A DNA stretch of 64,000 bases from an uncultured Candidatus Rokubacteria bacterium (GTDB lineage Bacteria > Methylomirabilota > Methylomirabilia > Rokubacteriales > CSP1-6), in the NCBI GenBank assembly GCA_963758635.1, contig CAVWWD010000003.1, forward strand, positions 608,001 through 672,000. Reading direction: 5' to 3'. A program made the translations under genes and the position numbers. This document shows, one piece after another, positions 32,157 through 42,689 of this stretch. The first letter of the stretch is position 1, and every line of letters begins with the position of its first letter. The notes beneath the pieces were generated by a model. That model saw only the letters and a list, made by a program, of their open reading frames with translations. It was not told where the DNA came from and did not search any database.

Positions 32157-32341
32157 CCGCGACGCCGGGGCTGGCCGCTGCGCCTGGCTCAGCCGTTGCG
32201 GTGCCAGACCATGTCGAGGAAGCGGTCGAGGTGGCCATCCTTGCGAAGGTCCCACGGCCTCGCGCGTGGCCGGATTAAACCCGGCGGCTCGGGCCCCCGC
32301 GTTCCGCTGGCCCGCCTCCTGGCCGGGACGATGGGATCTCC

Positions 32342-32895
32342 TCAGCGGGTGAGGCGGGCCAGCTCGCCGAACTCCTCGGCTGTGCCGCGGGCCGAGGAGC
32401 TGGAACAGGATGGTCTCGGTGGAGGTGACGACCGCCCCGCCTTGCCGGAGCTGGTCCATGGCCAGCCGCCAGTTCGCCTGGGTGCGGGAGGTGACCGCGT
32501 CCGCGGCCACGTGGACGGCGTAGCCCTGCGCGAGCAGGTCGAGCGCCGACATCAGGACGCCGACGTGTGCCTCGATCCCCGTCGAGGACCACTGACCGGG
32601 TGCGCGCCCGGGTGAGGGAAGCTCGGACGCCCTCCACGGCGCCACAGGAGAACTCCACCTTCGCGATCGGCTCGACGCCCGGCGCGAGCGTGTCGGAAAG
32701 CTCCGGGAGGGTGTGACCGAGCGCCTTCGGGCATTGCTCGGTCAGGACCGTGGCCAGGCCCAGGCGGCGCGCCGCGGTGGCCAGGATCTTGATGTTGCGC
32801 ACGACCTCCTCGCGGTGGTCGGCGTCCATGGTGGGGAAGAGACGCTCCTGCACGTCGACAACGAGGAGCGTGGTGCTGGCTCGATCGAGCCGCAT
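32342..32895 (-). CDS. Isochorismatase-family (ISOC-like) hydrolase; apparent frameshifts near 32580 and 32390
   Basis: LLVVDVQERL, TEQ.PK.LG.T, KVEFSC, then GIEAHV, AADAVTSR, TETILFQLL in another frame. Confidence 0.75.
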
Positions 32896-33207
32896 CGGAT
32901 GTGGCCCTCGGGCGTCTGGCATCTGGTCCTCCCCCGCGATGAGCTCCACGAGCACCGGCGCCAGCCAGCGCCGGAACGCTCTGGCGATGCCGGCGATCAT
33001 GGTCTCACACTCCGCGACGTCGGCAACGTGTCTGCACGCGCGCCGTCCGTGCTGGCACGGGCCGGGCCCCTCGGATCGGCCGAGGCTGCCAAGAGCGGCC
33101 GTGTTGCGTCATACTGCCTCTGGTCTCCGGGCCATTCGAGGTGCGTGGTCGAGCTCCACCGACGTCTCTTCCCGCGGGATGCCACCCGCCAGCGGAGGGT
33201 TTCCGAG

Positions 33208-34140
33208 ATGAAGATCGCCATCATCGGGCAGCAGGATTTCGGCAAGGCCGTGCTCGAGGCCTGGCTCTCGCGCGGCGGGGAGATCGCCGGGGTGTTCTGC
33301 GCGCCGGAGAAGCCGGGCGCGAAGGCCGATCCGCTGCGCGCCGCCGCGGAGGAGCGGCGGCTCCCCGTGTTCCAGTTCAAGTCGCTGCGGGCTGAGGACG
33401 CGCACGCCGCGCTGCGAGGCCTCGGCGTGGACCTGGCGCTGATGGCCTACGTGCTCCAGTTCGCGCCCGACAGCTTCACGCACCTCCCGCGCCTGGGGAC
33501 GATCCAGTACCATCCCTCGCTGCTGCCCCGGTACCGGGGGCCGTCGTCGATCAACTGGCCGATCATCCGCGGCGACCGCAAGACCGGGCTCACCATCTTC
33601 CGCCCCACCGAGGGGCTCGACGAGGGGCCCGTGGTCCTGCAGCAGGAGTGCGAGATCGGCCCCGACGAGACGCTCGGCGACGTCTACTTCAACAAGCTCT
33701 TCCCGATGGGCGTCTCGGCGCTCCTGGAGGCGGCGGACCTGGTTCTCGCTAGCAAGCAGCGCGAGACCGCCCAGGACGAGTCGCAGGCCACCTACGAGGG
33801 CTGGTGCCGCGAGGCCGAGGCGCGCCTTCACTTCGTCCAGCACGTCGATCACGTGTACGACCTGATCCGCGGCTGCAACCCGGCGCCGGGCGCGTGGACC
33901 ACCCACGAGGGCAAGAAGCTCCAGCTGCTGGACGCGCGCAAGCACGTGGCCCGCCGGTTCGCGGACGTCGCCGGCAAGGTCGGCGAGGTCTGCGAGGTCA
34001 CCGACGCGAGCTTCCGCGTGGTCGCCCAGGGCGGGGTGATCGAGGTGCTGCGCGGGCGCGGCGAGGACGGCCGGAAGGTCTCCGGCGGCGACCTGGCCCG
34101 CGCCCACGGCCTCGCGAAGGGGACCGTGCTGGGCGGCTGA
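33208..34140 (+). CDS. Formyltransferase-family protein resembling the 10-formyl-THF hydrolase domain of ALDH1L/FDH
   Basis: MKIAIIGQQDFG, GVFCAP..GAKADPL, YHPSLLPRYRG.SSINW, GLDEGP, KLFPMG, IRGCNPAPGAW. Confidence 0.85.
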   Translation: MKIAIIGQQDFGKAVLEAWLSRGGEIAGVFCAPEKPGAKADPLRAAAEERRLPVFQFKSLRAEDAHAALRGLGVDLALMAYVLQFAPDSFTHLPRLGTIQYHPSLLPRYRGPSSINWPIIRGDRKTGLTIFRPTEGLDEGPVVLQQECEIGPDETLGDVYFNKLFPMGVSALLEAADLVLASKQRETAQDESQATYEGWCREAEARLHFVQHVDHVYDLIRGCNPAPGAWTTHEGKKLQLLDARKHVARRFADVAGKVGEVCEVTDASFRVVAQGGVIEVLRGRGEDGRKVSGGDLARAHGLAKGTVLGG

Positions 34141-34191
34141 GCACCCTCGCTCGGCGTGTCCGGCGCCGCGAGCGCCACCGTGAGCTCGGCC

Positions 34192-35703
34192 TCAGAATTT
34201 CCGGTCCAGACCCCGGTACTGGATGGCCTCGGCGACGTGCTCGGTGGTGATCGTGTCGCTCTCGGCGAGGTCGGCGATGGTCCTGGCCACCTTGAGGATC
34301 CGGTGGTACGCGCGGGCCGACAGCCCGAACTTCTGGGTGGCGAGGGCGAGCAGCTGCGCGGCCTCCGCGGGGACGGCGCAGTGCCGGCGCTGCTGCCTGA
34401 CCGTCATGACCGCGTTGAGCCGCGTGGGCGTGCCGGCGAAGCGCGCGGCTTGCCGCAGCCGGGCCGCCTGCACCCGGGCGCGGATCACCGCGGATGGCTC
34501 GCCAGCACCCTCGCCGCGCAGTTCGGCGAACGACACCGCGGGCAGCTCCAGGTGCAGGTCGATTCGATCCAGCACGGGCCCGGAGATGCGGCCCAGGTAG
34601 TGCTCGCGCTCTGCCGGGCTGCACACGCAGCGGGCGAGCGAGACGCACCCGCGACGGCAGGGATTGGCCGCGGCCACGAGCTGAAAGCGCGCCGGGAAGG
34701 TGGCGCTGCCCGCCGATCGCGCGACCGTGACCTGGCCCTCCTCCAGCGGCTGCCGTAGCCCCTCGAGCACGCGCGGCGAGAACTCGGGAAGCTCGTCCAT
34801 GAAGAGCACGCCCGTATGGGCGAGGCTCACCTCGCCGGGGTGCGGCGTGCGGCCTCCGCCGATCAACCCCGCGTCGGAGACGCTGGAGTGGGGCGCGCGG
34901 AACGGCGGGGCGGTGAGGAGCCCGCGATCGGGAGGCAGAAGACCGGCCACGCTCCAGATCACCGAGGCCTCCATGGAGTCCTCGCGGGACGGCTGGGGCA
35001 GGATGGTCGGCAGCCGGCGGGCGAGCATGGTCTTCCCCACGCCAGGCGGCCCCACCATGATCACGTTGTGACCGCCCGCGGCGGCGACCTCGAGCGCCCG
35101 CTTGGCGAAGGCCTGGCCGCGCACGTCGGCGAAGTCGGCGGGATCGGCAGGGACGGCCGAGCCGGACGGAGGCGAGGCGGACGGCACGGCGCGCTCGCCG
35201 TTCAGGTACTCGACGGCCTCCGGAAGCGACGTCAGCGGGACCACGTCGAGCCCCTCCACGACCGCGGCTTCCGTGGCGTTCCCCGCCGGCACCAGCAGGT
35301 GCGGGATGCCCTCACGGCGGCAGAGGAGCGCCACCGGCAGGACCCCGCGCACGGGCCGGAGGCCGCCGTCCAGCGAGAGCTCGCCCAGCACGAGGGTCCG
35401 CTCCAACCGATCGCGCTTGACCACCTCCGTGGCCACCAGAAGGCTGAGCGCCATGGGCAGGTCGAAGGCGGGCCCTTCCTTGCGGAGGTCCGCGGGTGCA
35501 AGATTGACCGTGATCCGCTCCATGGGGAAGTTGAAACCGGTGTTCTTGATCGCGCTGCGGATGCGGTCGCGGCTCTCGCGGATCGACGAGTCGGGCAGCC
35601 CGACGGTGGTGAAGGCGGGGAGGCCGTACTGCACGTCCACCTCCACCGAGACGATGGCGGCCTCGATTCCGCGCAGCGTCGCCGAGCGCACCCATGCGAG
35701 CAT
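34192..35703 (-). CDS. comM: YifB/ComM Mg-chelatase-like AAA+ ATPase
   Basis: [59 protein letters not shown]. Confidence 0.93.
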   Translation of the reverse strand: MLAWVRSATLRGIEAAIVSVEVDVQYGLPAFTTVGLPDSSIRESRDRIRSAIKNTGFNFPMERITVNLAPADLRKEGPAFDLPMALSLLVATEVVKRDRLERTLVLGELSLDGGLRPVRGVLPVALLCRREGIPHLLVPAGNATEAAVVEGLDVVPLTSLPEAVEYLNGERAVPSASPPSGSAVPADPADFADVRGQAFAKRALEVAAAGGHNVIMVGPPGVGKTMLARRLPTILPQPSREDSMEASVIWSVAGLLPPDRGLLTAPPFRAPHSSVSDAGLIGGGRTPHPGEVSLAHTGVLFMDELPEFSPRVLEGLRQPLEEGQVTVARSAGSATFPARFQLVAAANPCRRGCVSLARCVCSPAEREHYLGRISGPVLDRIDLHLELPAVSFAELRGEGAGEPSAVIRARVQAARLRQAARFAGTPTRLNAVMTVRQQRRHCAVPAEAAQLLALATQKFGLSARAYHRILKVARTIADLAESDTITTEHVAEAIQYRGLDRKF

Positions 35704-35827
35704 GGGCAGAGTGTTGGCGGGCCGCGCGTGCCGTCAATGTCCCGGATCGGATACACGGGCGCGAACAAACGGGCCGGGTGGATTCGTCGAACCCGAGCTC
35801 GATTCGGGTTCCTCCAGGAGGAGGGAC

Positions 35828-36397
35828 ATGATGATCACCCGCTGTCTGACCCTCGTGGCCGTCACGCTGAGTCTGGTCTCGCCCGCCGCCGCCGCGGATC
35901 GGGAGCCGTTCTTTCCCCTCTCCCACGAGGAGCTGAGCCGGGCCCTCGGGGACCTGATGGGCCAGATCCAGGGAATGGGCACGCGATGGCGGGAGCACCT
36001 CTTGCCTCCCGAAGGCGCCGAGCCGCCGCTGATCAGCATCGCGCTCAGCCACCGGGCCGAGCTCGCCCTCACCTCCCAGCAAGTGGACGCGCTCGAGCGG
36101 CTGCGGACCAGCTTCCAGCGCGAGGCGATCAAGAGGGACGCCGATCTCCGGGTGGCGGAGATGGACCTGGCCGCCCTCCGTCGCGTCGAGCCGGTGGATC
36201 TGGGACAGGTCGAGGCGAAGGTCCGGGAGATCGAGCGGTTGAAGGCCGACCTGCGCGTGGCGCGGATCCGGACGATCGAGCAGGGCCGCGCCCAGCTCAC
36301 GCCGGAGCAGCGCGAGAAGCTCCGGGCCCTGGTCGGAGGCGGCGAGCCGCCGGCCCGCTCGCGCGCCGCCACCCCGCCGCCGCGCGAGCGCCTCTAG
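35828..36397 (+). CDS. Spy/CpxP-like periplasmic protein
   Basis: Signal peptide; LALTSQQ and QLTPEQREKL (LTxxQ) motifs. Confidence 0.8.
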   Translation: MMITRCLTLVAVTLSLVSPAAAADREPFFPLSHEELSRALGDLMGQIQGMGTRWREHLLPPEGAEPPLISIALSHRAELALTSQQVDALERLRTSFQREAIKRDADLRVAEMDLAALRRVEPVDLGQVEAKVREIERLKADLRVARIRTIEQGRAQLTPEQREKLRALVGGGEPPARSRAATPPPRERL

Positions 36398-36479
36398 TGA
36401 GCCCCGCGCATCAGACGAATGCCGAGCGGTGGGACTGTAGAGGCCCGTGGCGGTTACCGCATTCGGCGAGGGTCATGAG
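36394..36479 (+). repeat. 86-bp dispersed structured repeat, copy 3 (overlaps the stop of the Spy-like gene)
   Basis: CTAGTGAGCCCCGCGCATCAGACGAATGCCGAGCGGTGGGACTGTAGAGGCCCGTGGCGGTTACCGCATTCGGCGAGGGTCATGAG. Confidence 0.93.
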
Positions 36480-36498
36480 CGCGCGCGGCCCGCCTGGC

Positions 36499-37452
36499 CT
36501 ACTGATTGAGGCGCCGGCGGGCGAAGCCGAGGAGGCCCTGGGGCATGAAGATCACCATGGCGGTGAAGATGATGCCCACGGGGATGAGGTAGTACTCGGT
36601 CCAGAACCGCGAGACCCCCTCGCGGAGCAGCAGGAAGAAGGCCGCGCCCGCGATGGGCCCGACCAGCGTGCCGATCCCGCCCATCACGTTGAAGATCACC
36701 ACCTCGCCGGAGATCACGAAGAACACGAAGTCCGGCGCGGCGAACTTGTTCTGCACGGCGTAGAGCACCCCGGCCAGCCCCGCGAAGAGCGCCGACAGCA
36801 TCACCGCCACGATCTTGTAGCGCTCCACGTGGTACCCGATGGCCCGGGTGCGCGGCTCGTTCTCCCGGATCGACTGGAGCACCATGCCGAAGGGCGACTG
36901 GGTGACCCGCCGGAGGAACAGGTAGGAGATCGTCACCACCGCGAGCACGAACCAGTGCAAGGTGGCCGGGGTGAAGCGCGCGTTGACGAGGCCCGGGATG
37001 CTGAAGGCGGGCTGGCTGAACGTGAGGCCGTTCTCGCCGCCCGTCACCTCCGTCCACGTGAAGATGATGACGTAGAAGATCTGTGAGAAGACCAGGGTCG
37101 TGATCGAGAAGTAGATCTCCCGCAGTCGCGTGGCGAAGAAGGCCACGAAGGCCCCGACCACCGCCGCGGCGACCAGGCCCGCCCCGATGGCCAGCCAGAG
37201 GTTGGCCGGCTTCAGCCAGAGGAGCATGGCCGCTGCCCCGTACATCCCGAGGCCGAAGAAGGCGGAGTGCCCGAACGAGACCATGCCGGTGTAGCCGATC
37301 AGGATGTCCGAGGACATCGCGAGGAGCCCCCAGATCAGGATCTCGGTCACGAAGCGGCGCCAGAACTCGGGGAGCACGAGGGGCGCCACGATGAGGAGGG
37401 CCAGGATCGCCGCGAAGCCGATCCAGTACGCCGTCTGATTCGGTCGGTTCAT
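36499..37452 (-). CDS. Branched-chain amino acid-type ABC permease (LivM-like)
   Basis: GYTGMVSFGH, TGGENG, SPFG..L.SIRENE, GGIGTL.GP. Confidence 0.92.
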   Translation of the reverse strand: MNRPNQTAYWIGFAAILALLIVAPLVLPEFWRRFVTEILIWGLLAMSSDILIGYTGMVSFGHSAFFGLGMYGAAAMLLWLKPANLWLAIGAGLVAAAVVGAFVAFFATRLREIYFSITTLVFSQIFYVIIFTWTEVTGGENGLTFSQPAFSIPGLVNARFTPATLHWFVLAVVTISYLFLRRVTQSPFGMVLQSIRENEPRTRAIGYHVERYKIVAVMLSALFAGLAGVLYAVQNKFAAPDFVFFVISGEVVIFNVMGGIGTLVGPIAGAAFFLLLREGVSRFWTEYYLIPVGIIFTAMVIFMPQGLLGFARRRLNQ

Positions 37453-37474
37453 CGCGGGCGCGTCCCTCGTCCGC

Positions 37475-38350
37475 TCATTTGGCGGTGGGGGTGGGGACGA
37501 AGAGCCCCGTGGGCCGGAAGAGGAGGGTGAGGATGAGGACGACGAACGACACGATGACCGCCTGGGCGGGGCTCACGATCAGGGACGCGTAGGCCTCGAG
37601 CAGGCTGATGAGCATGGCGGCGAGGATCGATCCCCCGAGATTGCCCATGCCCCCGACCACGACCACGATGAACGCGCGCAGCGTGAAGTCGAAGCCGATG
37701 TTGTGGGTGACGCCGGCGATCGGGCCGAACAGCACCCCACTCGACGCGGCCATCGCCGCGCCGATGGCGAACACCACGGTGTGCACGAGCGGCACCGGGA
37801 TGCCCATCGCCTGGGCCATCACCCGGTCCTGGGTCGTCGCGCGGATCCACACGCCGAAGCGCGCGTACTTCAGGAAGACGTAGAGCGCCCCGATGATGGC
37901 CGCGGACAGGACCGCGGTGAGGATGCGGTACCAGGGGTACTCCAGGTAGAAGAGCGGGAACTGCGCGGTGACCGGCTCCTGGATTTTCCGCGCGGTGGGG
38001 CCCCATTGCCAGATCGCGTACTTCTGGAGCACGAGCGACACGCCGAAGGTGGCGAGGATGGTCGTGAGGGGGTCGCGGCCGAGGAGCGGGCGCAGCGTGG
38101 TGACCTGGAGCGCGGCGCCGAACACGGCCAGGGCCAGCGCCGCGGCGAGGATCGCGATCCAGAAGTTGCCCGTCGCCGCGATGGTGGTGGCGCCCACGAA
38201 GCCCCCCAGCATGACGAGGTCGCCGTGGGCGAAGTTCACCACGTCCATGATGCCGAAGATGAGGGTGAGGCCGGAGGCGACGAGGGCGAGGATGAGCCCG
38301 TTGACGAGGCCGTTGACGGTCTGGATCAGGATCTGGTCGAGGGGGATCAT
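37475..38350 (-). CDS. Branched-chain amino acid-type ABC permease (LivH-like)
   Basis: GLTLIFG...VNFAHG, G.WIRA, VVVGGMGN. Confidence 0.92.
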   Translation of the reverse strand: MIPLDQILIQTVNGLVNGLILALVASGLTLIFGIMDVVNFAHGDLVMLGGFVGATTIAATGNFWIAILAAALALAVFGAALQVTTLRPLLGRDPLTTILATFGVSLVLQKYAIWQWGPTARKIQEPVTAQFPLFYLEYPWYRILTAVLSAAIIGALYVFLKYARFGVWIRATTQDRVMAQAMGIPVPLVHTVVFAIGAAMAASSGVLFGPIAGVTHNIGFDFTLRAFIVVVVGGMGNLGGSILAAMLISLLEAYASLIVSPAQAVIVSFVVLILTLLFRPTGLFVPTPTAK

Positions 38351-38356
38351 CGGCCG

Positions 38357-39091
38357 CTACACGCCCAGGTACTGGTGGATGACCGCGTCGTCGGCCTTGA
38401 GCGCGGCCGCCGTCGCGTGGTGGCGGACTGCGCCCTTCTCCATGATGTAGACACGGCTCGACGCGTCCAGCGTCATGGGGACGTTCTGCTCCACGAGCAG
38501 GATCGCCACGCCTTCCTGCCTGAGCACGTCGATGATCTGGCGGATCTGACCGACCATGCGCGGCATCAGGCCCTCCGTCGGCTCGTCGAGCAGGATGATC
38601 TTCGGCTCGAGCATCATCGCCCGGGCGATGGCGAGCATCTGCTGCTCGCCGCCCGACAGCGTCCCCCCCGCCTGCTCCTGGCGCTCGGCGAGGACGGGGA
38701 AGTAGTGGTAGGCCTTCTCGAGGAGCTCGCGTCGGCGGCCCTCGCTCACGCCGGCGCGATCGACCCCGGTGCGCAGGTTCTCGATCACGGAGAGGAAGCG
38801 GAAGATCCTGCGGTCCTCCGGCACGTAGCCGATGCCCGCGCGGGCCAGCCGGTGGGGAGCCAGGCCGACGATGGGCCGGCCCTCGAAGGCGATCTGGCCC
38901 TGGGTCGGCCGCACCAGGCCCATGATGCTCTTGAGGGTCGTGCTCTTGCCCACCCCGTTGCGTCCGAGGAGGCCCACGACCTCGCCCCGGCCCACCTCGA
39001 GGGACACGCCGTGCAGGATGTGGCTCTTGCCGTAGTGGGTGTGGATCTGCTCCACCCTGATCAGGGGACCGCCGGCGGCGGGCGTCGTCAT
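38357..39091 (-). CDS. ABC ATPase (LivF-like)
   Basis: GRNGVGKST, LSGGEQQMLAIAR, LLDEPTEGL, VEQN. Confidence 0.94.
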   Translation of the reverse strand: MTTPAAGGPLIRVEQIHTHYGKSHILHGVSLEVGRGEVVGLLGRNGVGKSTTLKSIMGLVRPTQGQIAFEGRPIVGLAPHRLARAGIGYVPEDRRIFRFLSVIENLRTGVDRAGVSEGRRRELLEKAYHYFPVLAERQEQAGGTLSGGEQQMLAIARAMMLEPKIILLDEPTEGLMPRMVGQIRQIIDVLRQEGVAILLVEQNVPMTLDASSRVYIMEKGAVRHHATAAALKADDAVIHQYLGV

Positions 39092-39098
39092 GGCGGGG

Positions 39099-39905
39099 TC
39101 ACGTCTTCAGGTAGACTTCCTGGACGCGCGGGTTCGCCTGGATCTCCGCGGGGCCGCCCTCGGCGAGGACCGCGCCGTAGTGCAGCACGGTGATCCGATG
39201 GGCGAGCCCCATCACCACTTCCATGTCGTGCTCGACGATGAGGATGGTGAGGTTGGCGGCGATCCGTCGCACCAGCTCCACCGTGGCATGCGTCTCCGTC
39301 ACGCTCATGCCCGCGGTGGGCTCGTCCAGGCAGAGCAGCGACGGCTCGGTGGCCAGCGCGATGCCGATCTCGAGGTTCCGCTGCTCGCCGTGGGAGAGGT
39401 TGGCGGCGAGCTCGTCCTCCTTGCCGCCGAGGCCCACCGACTCGAGGATCCCGAGGCTCCGGTCGATGAGGTCCCGGTACGCGCTGTGGTGGGTGAGCAG
39501 GCTCCAGCCGTGGCGGCGCGACTGGGCGGCGATCCGCACGTTCTCGAGCGTGGTCGCGTTGGGCAGGATGTTCGTGATCTGGTACGAGCGGGCGATGCCC
39601 CGGCGGGAGATGGCGTGCGGGGGAAGCCCGGCCACGTCGGCGCCCTGGAACAGGATGCGCCCGCTCGTGGGTCGCAGGACGCCGGTCAGGCAGTTGAAGA
39701 AGGTGCTCTTGCCCGCGCCGTTGGGGCCGATGATGGCGCGGATCTCCCCCCGGGACACGCTGACGCTGACGTTGTCGAGGGCGGTGAGGCCCCCGAACCG
39801 GACGGTGAGCCCCTCGGTGCGGAGGACAACGTCGGCAGACGCGCCGCCGCCCCGGCTGGCGATCCCGGCCGGGGCGGCGGCGGTCGACGCGTCGCTCTTT
39901 TCCAC
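39099..39905 (-). CDS. ABC ATPase (LivG-like)
   Basis: FGGL.AL, GPNGAGKST, LSHGEQR, LDEPTAG, IVEHDM, VQEVYL. Confidence 0.93.
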   Translation of the reverse strand: MEKSDASTAAAPAGIASRGGGASADVVLRTEGLTVRFGGLTALDNVSVSVSRGEIRAIIGPNGAGKSTFFNCLTGVLRPTSGRILFQGADVAGLPPHAISRRGIARSYQITNILPNATTLENVRIAAQSRRHGWSLLTHHSAYRDLIDRSLGILESVGLGGKEDELAANLSHGEQRNLEIGIALATEPSLLCLDEPTAGMSVTETHATVELVRRIAANLTILIVEHDMEVVMGLAHRITVLHYGAVLAEGGPAEIQANPRVQEVYLKT

Positions 39906-41212
39906 TAGGCGAACTTGCAGGCGACCGGGACGATGGTCTTCTCCTTGGGAATGACCTCGAGGATCTTGTAGCTCTTGCCCTTCAGCTCGTAGATGAACTC
40001 CCGCACGAAGGCCTGGTGATCCTCCTTGCGAAGGGTCTTGTCGCCCTGCGGGAAGTCCTCGCTCTCCTTCATCTCGAGGCCCTCGAGCGCCTCGATGAGC
40101 TTCATCGTGTCCTCGCGGCCCTTGAACCCCGACTTCTGCATGCCGACCTTGAGGGCGTTGACCCCCTCGTAGTTCGACTGCACGTAGCGGTCGGGCCGAG
40201 GGCCCGACGGGTCGATGGCCTTGAGGCGGGTCATCGACTCGTCGAGGAACTTCTTGTGGTGCGGAGTGTTGAGGGGCCCTTCTAGCGTGGGCACGTACCG
40301 GTCGATGCCGATGAAACCCTCGCCCTTGGTGCCGATGGCGGGCAGGTTCACGTCCACCGCCATCGCGCCGTCGCCCGCGATCTTGTACTTCTTCGACATG
40401 CCGAGGTCGAAGGTCTGGTTGATGAACGCCACGCCCTGGGGGCCGAAGAAGATGCCGAAGAGGCCGTCGAACGTTCCCGTGATCTTGGACAGGAATGGCG
40501 TCATGTCCGCGGTGCCGAGGGGAATGCCGATGGTGCCGACGACCTCGCCGCCGTTCTTCTTGATCTCCGCCGACGAAGGCGTCCTTGGTGGACTGCCCCC
40601 ACGCGTAGTCGGCGAAGGCGATGTGCCACTTCTTGCCGATCTTGTTCACCATGTAGGGAGTGGCGGCCACCGCCTGCGCCGGCGCGAAGTCGAAGGGACG
40701 GAAGGTGTACCGGCTGCACTTGCTCTGGGTGATCGTGGTGTCCAGGCACACCGTGACCATGTTGACGAGCTTGTGCTCCTCGTACACCGGCATGCACGCC
40801 AGGCACACGTTGGAGAGGTAGCCGCCGGCGTGCGCGTCGATCTTGTCCTCGACGCACGAGCTTCTCCGCCTTGCGCCGGCCGACGTCGGGCTTGGACTCG
40901 TAGTCGGCCACGAGCGAGCTCGATGGGCCGCCCGCTGATCCCGCCCGACTTGTTGATGCGGTCCACCGCCATCTGCACGCCGACGAGCGCGGTCTTGCCG
41001 CCCGCCGCCGCCGTGCCGGAGAGCGGCTGGAGCGTGCCGATCTTGAAGGGCTTGGCCTGGCCGAACGCGGCGCGCCACGGGGCCGGCACGAGCATGGTGG
41101 CGCCGAGCGCGCCGGCGGCGGTGGCGCCGACGGCGAGGAAGCGCCGGCGCGTCGTCTTGCCGCTCCACCACATGTCCTGCGCCCAGGGCTCGCGTGTCCA
41201 CTCTCCGCTCAT
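39905..41212 (-). CDS. Tat-exported ABC solute-binding protein; interrupted by about three frameshifts
   Basis: TTRRRFLAVG twin-Arg signal, KIGTLQPLSG, INKSGGISGRPIEL, ADYAWG, C-terminal LRKEDHQA spread across frames. Confidence 0.8.
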
Positions 41213-42545
41213 GAGTGGTTCCTCCTGTCGGGTATCGGGCGCTCGGCGATCCGCCGCCCGGAGCGCCTCGTTGAAGACCTCGATGGTGCGGCTGATCTCC
41301 GCCTCTCCGTGGGCGAGCGATACGTAAACTTCTGCGCCGCCTTGAGGATCCCGCGCTCGAGCAGCTCGCGCGTGTACGCGGCGTGGAGCTCCGCGTCGGC
41401 GGTGAGGGTGGCCCGGTAGTCGGTGATGGGGCGGTCGGTGAAGTAGATCTCGAACACCGGCGCCTCGCCCGCCACCTGCGCGGTCACGCCGGCGGCGCGC
41501 GCGGCGTTCTCGAGCGCCTGCTTCACGCGCGTGCCGTGGCGAACAGCCGCTCGTACGCGCCGGGCCGCCGGAGCTCGGCCAGCGTGGCCAGGCCGGCGGC
41601 GGCGGCGATCGGGATTGCCGTTCAGGGTGCCGGCCTGGGTGACGAACTCCGGCGTGCCCTCGAGGGCGGGCGCCAGGTGCCGCATGATCTCGGCCCGGCC
41701 CGACGACCGCGGCGAGCGGGAAGCCGCCGCCGATGATCTTGCCGAGGGCGGCCAGGTCGGGCACCACGCCGTAGTACTCCTGCGCGCCGCCGTAGGCGAA
41801 GCGGAATCCGGTGACGATCTCGTCGAAGATGAGCGGCACGTCGTACCGGCGCGTGATCTCCCGTACGCCCGGGAGGAACCCGCGGGCGGGCACGATGAGC
41901 CGCTGGAACGGCTCCAGGATGACCGCGGCCAGGTCCTGATGGTGCGCGGCGACGATGGCCTCCGTCTCGGCCAGGTCGTTGAACGGCGCGACCAGGACCT
42001 GCTCCTGGATGGCGTGCGGGATGCCCGCCGAGTCCGGCGTCGGGGCCGGGAACGCCTTGGGCGACCGCGGGCTCACGCTCATCAGCGAGTAGTCGTGGGT
42101 GCCGTGGAACCCGCCCTCGAACTTCAGGATCTTGTCGCGCTTGCGGAACGCGCGCGCCACCCGGAGCGCCAAGAACGTGGCCTCCGTGCCCGTGGACGTG
42201 AATCGGATCTGCTCGGCGCACGGCACCGCGCGGCAGATCTCCTCGGCCAGCGCGAGCGTGGGCTCGCTCACCTGGAAGTACGTCGTCCGCGCGAGAGCTG
42301 CGCCTCGACCGCGGCGACCACCGCCGGATGCGCGTGGCCGAGCACCAGGGGCCCGCTGCCCAGCAGATAGTCGATGTACTCGCGGCCCGACACGTCGCGG
42401 ATGCGGGCGCCCGCCGCCTCGCGTACGACGAAGGCGAGCTCCGGCGGGGCGGAGTAGCCGCCGAGGATGCCGCCGGGAAGCAGCCGGGCGGCCTTCGCAG
42501 AGCAGCGCGTCTTCTTCGGGAGTGCGGATCAGGCGAACGTGCCAT
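41209..42545 (-). CDS. Class III PLP aminotransferase (glutamate-1-semialdehyde aminomutase-like); multiple frameshifts
   Basis: YIDY..GSGPLVLGHAHP, TGTEAT, KFEGGFHG, LIFDEIVTGFR, GKIIGGGFP, GTLNGNP. Confidence 0.8.
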
Positions 42546-42603
42546 CGGGCCCCTAGGGGTCGAAAGTTGGACTCTTATACCCTAACCACCCTGGCCGCGC
42601 AAC

Positions 42604-42689
42604 CTGATGACCCTCGCAGAGTGCGGTAACCGCCACGGGCCTCTACAGGCCGAGCGCTCGGCATTGGTCTGATGCGCGAGGCTCACGAG
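42604..42689 (-). repeat. 86-bp dispersed structured repeat, copy 4 (at the 3' end of the DinB gene)
   Basis: CTGATGACCCTCGCAGAGTGCGGTAACCGCCACGGGCCTCTACAG...GCATTGGTCTGATGCGCGAGGCTCACGAG. Confidence 0.92.

Noticed and set aside
31481..35703. Competence locus (comM, SLT and pili)
   Set aside because: No comEA, comEC or dprA in the window, and comM is not linked to the pilus genes
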